A DNA stretch of 64,000 nucleotides, from NCBI GenBank assembly GCA_965249725.1, contig CBDFMQ010000002.1, positions 1,952,001 to 2,016,000 of the forward strand. The letters are read 5' to 3'. The position numbers were made by a program, and so were the translations under genes. Below are positions 37,875 through 46,731 of this stretch, piece after piece. The notes beneath the pieces are model-generated. The model was not told the DNA's origin. It saw only the letters and a program-made list of their open reading frames with translations, and did not search any database. Origin of the DNA: Longimicrobiales bacterium (GTDB taxonomy: Bacteria; Gemmatimonadota; Gemmatimonadetes; Longimicrobiales; Gaopeijiaceae). Each line of letters opens with the position of its first letter. Positions within the stretch are counted from its first letter, which is position 1.

Positions 37875-40244
37875 TTAGTTGGCGGCCGTAGCGTCCTGGA
37901 TAGCGCGCCACACGCGCTCCGGGGTCGCTGGCATATCCATGTGCTCGACGCCCAGATGGGCCAGGGCGTCGACGACGGCGTTGATGATGGCGGGTGGCAC
38001 TCCGATCGCCCCGACCTCACCAACACCCTTCACCCCGAGCGGGTTGTGCGTGCAGTTGGTGATGTTGTGCCCTGTCTTGAAGAACGGCAGATCGGCGGCT
38101 CGGGGCATCGTGTAGTTCATGTATGAACCGGTGAGGAGCTGCCCGTCATCATCGTACTTGCAGTCCTCCAGAAGCGCCTGTCCGATCCCGTGGGCCAGTC
38201 CTCCGTGCATTTGGCCCTCGACGATCATCGGGTTGATGATCCGTCCCACATCGTCGGCGCAGGCAATACCCACCAGCTCGACGACACCCGTCTCCGGATC
38301 GATCTCGACCTCGGCCACGTGGGCCCCGGCCGGATAGGTGAAGTTGCCGGGGTCGTAGAAGGCCGTCTCATCCAAGCCCGGTTCGAGCCCCTCTGGATAG
38401 TTGTGTGGGACGTACGCTGTGAGCGCGACGTCACCGAACCCTACCGACTTGTCCGTTCCGGCTACCGTAAAGGTGCCGTCCTCGAAGCGGACGTCCGCCT
38501 CGTCGGCCTCCATCAGGTGAGCTGCGATCTTGGTGCCCTTCGCGATGATCTTCTCGGCCGCGTTGTGAATCGCAGAGCCACCGACTGCGAGTGAGCGGGA
38601 ACCGTAGGTCCCCATTCCGAACGGGATCTCCCCGGTGTCTCCATGCACCACGTCGACCTGGTCGATGTCGACACCGAGACTCTCGGAAACGAGTTGGGCG
38701 AACGCCGTCTCGTGCCCCTGACCATGGCTATGGCTCCCGGTGAAGACCGTCACGCTCCCAGTCGGGTGGACTCTCACCTGCCCTACCTCGTAGAGCCCGG
38801 CTCGGGCACCCAATGCGCCGGCTACTGCGGACGGCGCGGCGCCGCATGCCTCGACGAATGTCGAAAGGCCGATGCCTCTGAGCTTGCCTCGGGCGCGTGC
38901 TTCCTCTTTCCTCGACTCGAAGCTCGCCCAGTCCGACATGTCGAGCACCATGTTCAACGTCCCGTCGTAGTCCCCGATGTCGTACTCGAGTGCAACAGGA
39001 GTCTGATAGGGGAACTGATCGGGCTGAATGAAGTTCTTCCGCCGGATCTCTACCGGATCGATGCCCAGTCTTCTGGCAGCCGAGTCGACGAGGCGCTCCA
39101 GCATAAAGGAAGCTTCGGGACGCCCGGCTCCGCGCACCGCGTCTACGGGCACGGTATTCGTGAAGATGCCCTTGACCTCGCTGTAGATGGCCGGAGTGGA
39201 GTAACAGCCTGAGAAGACCGATGCGTACATCCACGTCGGAACCGCCGCTCCGAATGTCGAGAGGTAGGCGCCGAGGTTCGCGTATGTGTGAACCTTCAGC
39301 CCGAGGAACCGCCCGTCGTCGTCGAGAGCCAGCTGTGCGTTGGTCACGTGGTCACGACCATGGGCATCGGACATGAACGCTTCCGAGCGCTCGGCGGTCC
39401 ACTTCACCGGCCGACCGATCCTGATGGACGACCACATGGTGATGACCTCTTCCGGGTAGTGGAAGATCTTGGAGCCGAAGCCACCGCCGACATCGTGCGA
39501 CACGACGCGGAGCTTGTGTTCCGGAATCTGGAGCACGAAGGCTCCCATGAGTAGCCGAATCACATGAGGGTTCTGCGTGGTCGTATACAGCGTGTACACA
39601 TCCCGCGCCGGCTCGTAGTCGCCAATTGCCACGCGAGGCTCGATGGCGTTCGGGATCAATCGGTTCTGCACGATGTCGAGCGACACCACATGCGGTGCAC
39701 CCTCGAAGGCCGCATCGGTCGCGGCTTTGTCACCGAGCTCCCAGTCGAAGCAGACGTTCCCCGGCGCTTCGTCCCAGACCAGAGGCGCCCCTTCCGCCAC
39801 AGCCTGCGGCGACGTGACCACCACCGGAAGACGCTCGTAGGACACGTCGACGAGTGCGGCGGCCTCCTTCGCTTGCGTCTTCGTCTCGGCGATTACGACC
39901 GCCACGATATCGCCCACATGCCTGACCCTACCGACGGCCAACGCCGGGTGCGCAGGCTCCACCATCGGTGTGCCGTCCTTGTTCGTGACGCCCCAACCGC
40001 ACGGCACCCCACCGACCTCGTCGGCCGCCATGTCGGCCCCGGTGAACACGGCCACCACACCCGGTGCGGACGCGGCCTCGGCGGTGTCGACGGCCGAAAT
40101 GCTCGCGTGCGCCTCGGGCGACCGAATCATCGAGGCGAACAACTGGCCCGGTCGGTTGATGTCATCCGTGTAGCGGCCTTTCCCAGTTAGGAAACGGCCG
40201 TCTTCCTTCCGCCGTACGGCGGCCCCGATACCGTTCTCAGCCAC
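37875..40244 (-). CDS. coxL: Xanthine/CO dehydrogenase family molybdopterin subunit (form II CoxL-like)
   Basis: [25 protein letters not shown] loop, GQGHET, GSRS, KGVGE; S-L-M order. Confidence 0.85.
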   Translation of the reverse strand: MAENGIGAAVRRKEDGRFLTGKGRYTDDINRPGQLFASMIRSPEAHASISAVDTAEAASAPGVVAVFTGADMAADEVGGVPCGWGVTNKDGTPMVEPAHPALAVGRVRHVGDIVAVVIAETKTQAKEAAALVDVSYERLPVVVTSPQAVAEGAPLVWDEAPGNVCFDWELGDKAATDAAFEGAPHVVSLDIVQNRLIPNAIEPRVAIGDYEPARDVYTLYTTTQNPHVIRLLMGAFVLQIPEHKLRVVSHDVGGGFGSKIFHYPEEVITMWSSIRIGRPVKWTAERSEAFMSDAHGRDHVTNAQLALDDDGRFLGLKVHTYANLGAYLSTFGAAVPTWMYASVFSGCYSTPAIYSEVKGIFTNTVPVDAVRGAGRPEASFMLERLVDSAARRLGIDPVEIRRKNFIQPDQFPYQTPVALEYDIGDYDGTLNMVLDMSDWASFESRKEEARARGKLRGIGLSTFVEACGAAPSAVAGALGARAGLYEVGQVRVHPTGSVTVFTGSHSHGQGHETAFAQLVSESLGVDIDQVDVVHGDTGEIPFGMGTYGSRSLAVGGSAIHNAAEKIIAKGTKIAAHLMEADEADVRFEDGTFTVAGTDKSVGFGDVALTAYVPHNYPEGLEPGLDETAFYDPGNFTYPAGAHVAEVEIDPETGVVELVGIACADDVGRIINPMIVEGQMHGGLAHGIGQALLEDCKYDDDGQLLTGSYMNYTMPRAADLPFFKTGHNITNCTHNPLGVKGVGEVGAIGVPPAIINAVVDALAHLGVEHMDMPATPERVWRAIQDATAAN

Positions 40245-40246
40245 GC

Positions 40247-40714
40247 TCAGCCTCCTATCTCGGAAGCCGCCGCCTGCACGGCCTTCACGATGTTGTGGTA
40301 GCCGGTGCAGCGGCAGAGGTTGCCCTCCAACCACTCCCTCACGTCGCCCTCCGACGGGGAGGCATTGCCCTTCACCAGGTCGAGGCTGCTCATCACCATA
40401 CCCGGAGTGCAGAATCCGCACTGGAGGCCGTGGTGCTCCTTGAAGGCCGCTTGCATGGGGTGAAGAGCCCCGTTCGTCGCGACACCTTCGATGGTCGCGA
40501 CGTCGGCACCGTCGGCTTCAACAGCCAACATGGTGCAGCTCTTGACCGACTTGCCTCCGACGTGCACGACGCAAGCCCCGCACTGACTGGTGTCGCACCC
40601 GACGTGGGTGCCCGTGAGCGAAAGGGTCTCACGCAGAAAGTCGACGAGTAGAGTGCGCGCCTCGACCTCGTGCGAGACCGCTTGCCCGTTTACCTGCATG
40701 GAAACGACTGGCAT
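40247..40714 (-). CDS. coxS: 2Fe-2S subunit (S)
   Basis: [10 protein letters not shown]...SC; QCGFC...CRC. Confidence 0.92.
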   Translation of the reverse strand: MPVVSMQVNGQAVSHEVEARTLLVDFLRETLSLTGTHVGCDTSQCGACVVHVGGKSVKSCTMLAVEADGADVATIEGVATNGALHPMQAAFKEHHGLQCGFCTPGMVMSSLDLVKGNASPSEGDVREWLEGNLCRCTGYHNIVKAVQAAASEIGG

Positions 40715-40810
40715 GAACGGCTCCCTGTAGGGGAGAAGGATCACGGCCGGTCCCGAAGGATCCGGCCGTGACTTGGAACGAGGTCAGGATGGGGCGCTGA
40801 AAAGGCCCGG

Positions 40811-42277
40811 TCAAGCCGTCGCGGAGCGGCTGCTTCCTCCGCTGAGGCTGAGGGCCTCGAGGGCCCCCAGAAGTTCCTCGGCGACGAAGGGTTTCTTCAG
40901 GAAGGCGATCTCGTAGCTCTGACAGAGGAGGAACTCCTCTTCGTCCAGCGTGGCCCCGCTCATCACGACCGCTCCCGAGTTCTCGAATTCCTTGATGAGT
41001 TCCACCGCGAAGCCGACGCCCTCTCCGTCCGGGAGGATGTGGTCGAAGAGGAGAACGTCGGGCGCCGACTCCGATATCATTCGCCTGGCGCCTTCCACGG
41101 TCGAGGCGAGTCGGACCTCGTGCCCCTCCTCTACGAGGATCCGCTTGATCCAGCCCATGAGGGCCTCGTTGTCATCCACGGCGAGGACGCTCAGAGGCGC
41201 CATCTCTAGACGGGGAGTACCCCCCGCGGCGACGAGGGTCAGGTGGTCACCTTCTTCGTGGAGGTCCACGGTGACGTTGGCTCCCGGCGCAACCTCCCCG
41301 TTCGCCACCATGGCGGCCAACGGCTGAGTCAGGTGCCGGTGAATGGTCCGGCGCAGCTCGCGGGCGCCGTATTCCATGCTCGTCCCCTTGTCGAGCATGA
41401 AGAACCGGGCGGCGGGCGCCACCTCGATCTCGAAGGAGCGGCTGCCGAGGCGACTCTGAACGTGCCGCTGCAGGTCCGTAACGTGCTGTTCCAGGATGGC
41501 GACCAGCGAATCGCTGCCCAGGGGGCGGTACGTGATGACCGCGTCGATTCGGTTGACGAACTCGGGTGAGAAGTGACGCTGCACGGCGCGCAATCCTACC
41601 CTCTCCAGGTGCGCGGCCAGCTCGGGTCCGGGTCGACGCCGTTGCGTGTCGAATCCGAGCCCCGGCTGGATTTCTGCCATCATGTCGCGGGCACCCAGGT
41701 TGCTCGTCAGGAAGATGATGGACTGTTCGAAGTCCACCTCGGACCCGTCACCCAGCCTCAGGGTGGCCCTGTCGAGTACGTCGAGCAGCAGCTGAGCGAG
41801 CGAGGGCGCGGCCTTCTCGATCTCGTCGAAGAGGACCAACGTGAGATCGCTCCGGTCGCTGGCCGAGGAGTCGAGAGTCTCCTGGGTGAGTCTGGGCTCG
41901 GTCTGGGCATGCCCTACGTACCCGGGTGGTGCCCCGATGAGCTTGGCCACTTCGTGCTCGTGTTGGAACTCGCCGCAGTCGATCTGCACGATGCGGCGGA
42001 CGTCCCCGTGCAGCACTTCAGCCAAGGCCTCCACGGTGCGGGTCTTACCGGTGCCCGTCGGCCCGAGCAGCAGAAAGACACCGACCGGCCGGCCCTCGGG
42101 AGCGAGCCCCGATTGATGGAGCTGAATGCTCGGAACGATGTGCTCCAGGGCGTGGGCTTGACCGACGACCTTGCTCGAGAGGAGCCCGATCAGTTCGTCG
42201 GTGCGGCTCGGGCCCCCTACCCGATCGTCCGGCACTTCGTCCCTCGACCCTTTGGCGTCGTCACTGATCCCGCTCAA
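40811..42277 (-). CDS. Single Clp/Hsp100 D2-type AAA+ ATPase fused to a C-terminal receiver domain
   Basis: VVGQ, GPTGTGKT, LIGAPPGYVG, LFDEIEKA, TSNLG, LGF, PEFVNRID, YGARELRR; then LAVDD...LLFD...MSG...KKPF. Confidence 0.85.
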   Translation of the reverse strand: MSGISDDAKGSRDEVPDDRVGGPSRTDELIGLLSSKVVGQAHALEHIVPSIQLHQSGLAPEGRPVGVFLLLGPTGTGKTRTVEALAEVLHGDVRRIVQIDCGEFQHEHEVAKLIGAPPGYVGHAQTEPRLTQETLDSSASDRSDLTLVLFDEIEKAAPSLAQLLLDVLDRATLRLGDGSEVDFEQSIIFLTSNLGARDMMAEIQPGLGFDTQRRRPGPELAAHLERVGLRAVQRHFSPEFVNRIDAVITYRPLGSDSLVAILEQHVTDLQRHVQSRLGSRSFEIEVAPAARFFMLDKGTSMEYGARELRRTIHRHLTQPLAAMVANGEVAPGANVTVDLHEEGDHLTLVAAGGTPRLEMAPLSVLAVDDNEALMGWIKRILVEEGHEVRLASTVEGARRMISESAPDVLLFDHILPDGEGVGFAVELIKEFENSGAVVMSGATLDEEEFLLCQSYEIAFLKKPFVAEELLGALEALSLSGGSSRSATA

Positions 42278-42316
42278 CTCGACCCTCCGTGTAGGATGTC
42301 ATGTTTCAGTAGGCCG

Positions 42317-43192
42317 TCACCCGCCGGCACTCGAGGATTCCTGCCCGGCACCGGTCTCTACGCTGGCTCCGACCAAGTTACCCCACTCCGTCCAGGACCC
42401 GTCGTAGTTCTTGATGTCGTCGTACCCGAGCAGGTACTTCAGCACGAACCACGAGTGACTGCTGCGCTCGCCGATGCGGCAGTACGTGATGATGGGCTGT
42501 TGTCCAGTGATCCCGCGATCGGCGTACACCGTGGCCAACTCGTCCCGCGACTTGAACGTACCGTCCTCGTCGTTGACCGCCATGCCCCAGGGAATGTTGG
42601 ACGCACCGGGAATGTGGCCTCCCCGCTGACAGGTCTCCGGGAGGCCGGGGGGAGCCAGAATCTCTCCGCTGAATTCGGCCGGGCTACGGACGTCCACCAG
42701 CTCGACCGCATTGTCGCTGACCTGTGCCTGCACTTCAGGCAAGAAGGCGCGAAGTGTGAGATCGGCCTCGGCGGCCTGATACCCCGTGGAGGATACCGAC
42801 GGCACCGCGGTCGTCATGTCCCGCCCCTCGGCCTCCCACTTCTTGCGCCCACCGTCCATGAGGCGCACGTCCTCATGACCATAGATCTTCAGCTGCCAGA
42901 ACGCCCATGCGGCGAACCAGTTGTTGCTGTCTCCGTAGAGGACGACAGTCGAATCGGGGCCGATGCCGGAGTTGGACAACAGCGCTTCGAGGTCTTCCTT
43001 GGACAGGATGTCACGTCTGATCCGATCGGCGAGTTGGGTCTTCCAACTCCAGCCGATGGCGCCGGACAGATGACTCTGATCGTACAGCTCCGTATCGACG
43101 TCGACCTCGACGATCGTGACTCGATCGTCCTCAGCGTGATCGGTCACCCAATCAGTGGTGACGAGGACTTCGGGGTGTGCATACTCAGACAT
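42317..43192 (-). CDS. Two-domain rhodanese / thiosulfate sulfurtransferase (SseA/CysA type)
   Basis: YAHPEVLV.T.W, GHIPGA, YCRIGERS, YDGSWTEW. Confidence 0.93.
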   Translation of the reverse strand: MSEYAHPEVLVTTDWVTDHAEDDRVTIVEVDVDTELYDQSHLSGAIGWSWKTQLADRIRRDILSKEDLEALLSNSGIGPDSTVVLYGDSNNWFAAWAFWQLKIYGHEDVRLMDGGRKKWEAEGRDMTTAVPSVSSTGYQAAEADLTLRAFLPEVQAQVSDNAVELVDVRSPAEFSGEILAPPGLPETCQRGGHIPGASNIPWGMAVNDEDGTFKSRDELATVYADRGITGQQPIITYCRIGERSSHSWFVLKYLLGYDDIKNYDGSWTEWGNLVGASVETGAGQESSSAGG

Positions 43193-43379
43193 GGTTGGCC
43201 TCCTGGTAGGAGCCGGCGAGTAGAAGCCCCGGGGCGCGCCCGGGCCGGGTCACAGCAAAATGTGTGAACGATCGGATTCGTTCCGATCATACGCCGAGCT
43301 ATTTCAAAAGGAAACCTGGGAAAACGGGGGGAGGCGGCGAGTCGTCGCCCCTTCTGAGGCGCCGGGTCGGGTGGAGATC

Positions 43380-43437
43380 AGACCCGGTGCAAACCCAGTG
43401 CAGACGGGTGTAAAAACCCGGTGCAGGCCCGGTGCAA
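43380..43437. repeat. Degenerate ~11-bp tandem repeat (ACCCGGTGCA-like, about 5 copies)
   Basis: gacccggtgca aacccagtgca gacgggtgta aaaacccggtgca ggcccggtgca. Confidence 0.6.
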
Positions 43438-43470
43438 CCTCAGTGGGTCAGTGGACGAATATGGCTTCCA

Positions 43471-45990
43471 TCATCCGCACTCGCTGTATCCGCAAACGTG
43501 GCACTTGACGCACCCTTCTTCGAACGAGAGCTGACCGGCTCCACACTCGGGGCAGCTGCCGAAGAAGTTGTTTTGATCACCGTGGTCCGCTGCAGGCTGG
43601 GCTTGTGTGCCTCCGGCGCCCGCGCCCACTTCCAGAGGCAGGGTCTCCTGCACTCCGTCCTTCTCGGCCATGTACTTCTCGAGGGCCTGCCCAATGGCGT
43701 CCGGCAGCGACAGCACTTTGTTCGGGCCCACTCCAACGGCGCGATCCGACGAGATTCCGCGGAGTTGATCCCTGACTGCCGGAATCGGGATGCCGGACCG
43801 GAGAGCCAATGAGATCAAACGACCGACTGCTTCGGCGTCGGCCGTGGCAGCGCCGCCCGCTTTACCGAGCGTGCAGAAGACCTCGAAGGCACGCCCGTCT
43901 TCGTCTTCGTTGATAGTTACGTAGCAGTCGCCGAGCGGTGAACTCATCTTTACCGTGCGGCCCCGAAGCATCGAAGGACGCTGCCGCTTGTGTCGTCCGG
44001 CCGCCGCGGTGAGATCCTGCTCCTGTTGGTCCCGATGTACCTGCTCCAACTCCACGTGAAGTCCGTGCAGCGACTCGCGGGCGTCCGCAAGCAGATGTTC
44101 GAGCTCGAGCACCTCAGGGCTGCTGTCACCGCTCTCAGACTGCTCCGTCTTACCCGTGGACAGGACTTGGCCCTCCCTCGATCCATCCCGGTACACGGTG
44201 ACGCCCTTGCACTGGAGGTCGAACGCGAGCTGATAGATCTGCCTGACGTCCTCCTCCGAGGCCTCCGTGGGGAAGTTCGTGGTCTTCGAGATGGCCGAAT
44301 CCGTGTGCTCCTGGAACGCCGCCTGCATCCGCACATGCCACTCGGGTGTGATGTCGTGAGCGGTCTTGAAGACCGCCTGAACCTCTTCAGGTACCTCGTC
44401 GAAGTGGATGTGCCCCTCCTCCGCGATCCGTGTCATCAGATCTTCGGAGTACCAGCCCTCCGCGTGAGCCCGAGCCACGAAGTCCGGGTTGACATCGGGC
44501 ATCAAAGCACCGGCCTGATTGCGCATGAAGGCAACTGCGAAGATCGGCTCGATGCCTCCTGAACATCCGGCGAAGATGGAGATGGTGCCGGTCGGAGCCA
44601 CCGTGGTGAGGTTGCAGTTGCGCAGGCGACGCTCGGGCCTGATGCGGCGTCCCTCTTTGTCCCGGGCGCAGACATCGTCGGGACCCCAAATCGACTCCTC
44701 CCAGGCGGGGAACGCTCCGCGCGTTTCGGCCAGCCTCTCCGAGGCGTTACGAGACTCCTCGTTGAGGAAGCCCATGACCTTCCGCCCCATCTCGACGCCT
44801 TCGGGTGTGTCGTAGGGGATTCCCAACTTGATGAGCATGTCCGCCCAACCCATCACACCGAGGCCGATACGGCGAATCGTCTGGGCCAGCTCCGTGATGG
44901 CCGGGAGAGGATACCGGTTCGCGTCGATGACGTTGTCCAAGAAGTGGGTGGACAGCGCTACGGTTTGGCGCAGGCCGTCCCAGTCGATCATTTCGGCCGG
45001 CTCGGCGTCCGCCGGGGCGTCTTCGTGTACGAACGTCGCCAGGTTGATGCTTCCGAGATTGCAGACGTCATACGGGAGCAGCGGCTGCTCGCCACACGGG
45101 TTCGTCGCCTCGTAGACGCCGAGCTTGGGAACCGGATTGAAGGCGTTGGCGCGGTCGATGAAGAACGTGCCGGGCTCACCGGTCTTCCACGCGCCGTGCA
45201 CGATCATGTCGAAGATCTCGCGGGCGTTTTCCTGTCCGACCGCTTCGCCACTCTTCGGGCTCACCAAGTCGTAGCTGGCGTCGCTCCGCACGGCCTCCAT
45301 GAAGGCGTCGGTGAGAGCGACCGAGATGTTGAAGTTGGTGATCTGCGACGTGTCGTCCTTACAGGTGATGAACGACCGAATGTCCGGATGATCGACCCGC
45401 AGGATGCCCATGTTCGCTCCCCGCCTCGTCCCACCCTGCTTCACCACCTCGGTGCTCGCGTCGTAGAGGCGCATGAACGAAACGGGTCCGGAGGCCACTC
45501 CCATGGTGGACCGAACCTGGGACCCGGTGGTCCGTAGCCGCGAGAAGGAGAAGCCCGTCCCACCTCCGGACTGGTGTACCAGAGCCATGGACTTGAGCGT
45601 GTCGTAGATGCCGCTCGAGCCGTTCGACAGGGCGTCGTCGACGGGAAGGACGAAACACGCGGAAAGCTGACCCAGCGGCCGACCGGCGTTCATGAGGGTG
45701 GGCGAGTTCGGCTCGAACTTGCCATTGGTCATGAGGTCGTAGAACTGGCGCGCGAGCTCCCCGACGGCCGCATCCGACGCCCCGTGGTCCCTGTCCGTGC
45801 CGGCGATGACGCTCGCCACCCGCCAGAACATGGTCTCGGGCTCTTCGATCGGGTTGCCGTGCTCGTCCTTCTTCAGGTACCGCTTGGCCAGAACGATGCG
45901 CGCGTTCTCTGAGAGATTCGCAGGAGGAACGTCCTCCGGGACTACGTCATCGAAGATCTGCGCATCGTCTGAGGGGGAGCCCTGCTTCAT
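43471..45990 (-). CDS. nrdJ: Vitamin B12-dependent (class II) ribonucleotide reductase with C-terminal TSCPD/Zn-ribbon
   Basis: PNSPTLMNAG, SACFV, GGTRRGANM, TNPCGEQPL, APTGT, YRDGSR, terminal CPECG...CHVCGYSEC. Confidence 0.95.
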   Translation of the reverse strand: MKQGSPSDDAQIFDDVVPEDVPPANLSENARIVLAKRYLKKDEHGNPIEEPETMFWRVASVIAGTDRDHGASDAAVGELARQFYDLMTNGKFEPNSPTLMNAGRPLGQLSACFVLPVDDALSNGSSGIYDTLKSMALVHQSGGGTGFSFSRLRTTGSQVRSTMGVASGPVSFMRLYDASTEVVKQGGTRRGANMGILRVDHPDIRSFITCKDDTSQITNFNISVALTDAFMEAVRSDASYDLVSPKSGEAVGQENAREIFDMIVHGAWKTGEPGTFFIDRANAFNPVPKLGVYEATNPCGEQPLLPYDVCNLGSINLATFVHEDAPADAEPAEMIDWDGLRQTVALSTHFLDNVIDANRYPLPAITELAQTIRRIGLGVMGWADMLIKLGIPYDTPEGVEMGRKVMGFLNEESRNASERLAETRGAFPAWEESIWGPDDVCARDKEGRRIRPERRLRNCNLTTVAPTGTISIFAGCSGGIEPIFAVAFMRNQAGALMPDVNPDFVARAHAEGWYSEDLMTRIAEEGHIHFDEVPEEVQAVFKTAHDITPEWHVRMQAAFQEHTDSAISKTTNFPTEASEEDVRQIYQLAFDLQCKGVTVYRDGSREGQVLSTGKTEQSESGDSSPEVLELEHLLADARESLHGLHVELEQVHRDQQEQDLTAAAGRHKRQRPSMLRGRTVKMSSPLGDCYVTINEDEDGRAFEVFCTLGKAGGAATADAEAVGRLISLALRSGIPIPAVRDQLRGISSDRAVGVGPNKVLSLPDAIGQALEKYMAEKDGVQETLPLEVGAGAGGTQAQPAADHGDQNNFFGSCPECGAGQLSFEEGCVKCHVCGYSECG

Positions 45991-46110
45991 GCCGCTCTTG
46001 CTCCATCGATCAAATGTGGGAAGTCGGTGGAAACACGACACATCCACCGTTTAAAACCGGAGACACGTGGCTCCGCCATTGCAGTTTTATGTGGAAAAGT
46101 TCCCTGAGTA

Positions 46111-46158
46111 CCACGAAATCTAGAGGTATCCCCAACGTACACCCCCTATATCTTGTGG
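46111..46158. promoter_or_regulatory. Tandem NrdR boxes
   Basis: ccaCgAaATcTaGagg (46111-46126) and cccCtAtATcTtGtgg (46143-46158), 32 bp apart, upstream of nrdJ. Confidence 0.8.
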
Positions 46159-46346
46159 TCAAGAGTTTTTCGCGCATTGGACCACAAGTCCCGTAATTTC
46201 ACTCGTTTTCGCCTGGCGCCGCCGCTGCCGGAGGGTCGAAAACCCGTCCCGACAGTTGGAAAAGGCACCGGCCTGGCCCTATCTTGCCTGCCGTCGGATG
46301 TGGACAGCCTCAGCCGTCTCACGAGGGAGATCTACGCGGGAGATCA

Positions 46347-46715
46347 GTGGTAAGAAGTTTACGCAGAGTCGTCGAGTTGGGATTTCCCGTCCTCGGCATG
46401 GTCATCGTGTTCGGCGGCGTCCTATTCGTCTCCCCGAGCAACCTCCAACTCCAGATCATCGTGGTCCTCGTGGGGGTCCTGATGCTGGAAGCCGGTGTCT
46501 GGGGTCTCACGAGTCAAATCCTTCCGAACGAGCGCACCTACACCGCTCTCAGGGACGAAGGCGATCACTTCATCAACCTCATCCGAAACCTCAACACCGC
46601 AGCCGTAGGGAAGGAATCCGGCTCACCGGGAAGCGATCAGCGATTCGACGAGGCGAAGGCTGCGATGCACGTGTCCGTCGATCGCATGGCGGAGTTGGCG
46701 GGGGAGGAGCGCTGA
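46347..46715 (+). CDS. Small membrane protein
   Basis: Two hydrophobic helices then a helical tail; GGGAG RBS-like sequence. Confidence 0.6.
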   Translation: MVRSLRRVVELGFPVLGMVIVFGGVLFVSPSNLQLQIIVVLVGVLMLEAGVWGLTSQILPNERTYTALRDEGDHFINLIRNLNTAAVGKESGSPGSDQRFDEAKAAMHVSVDRMAELAGEER

Positions 46716-46731
46716 CCTAGGGGGCCGGCGC

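Noticed and set aside
37875..40244. Bona fide aerobic CO dehydrogenase (form I)
   Set aside because: No AYxCSFR motif, and gene order is S-L-M rather than M-S-L.
43471..45990. Intein or intron in nrdJ
   Set aside because: Continuous ORF of normal size with no intein terminal motifs; the extra segment before the C-terminal domain looks like a short coiled-coil linker.
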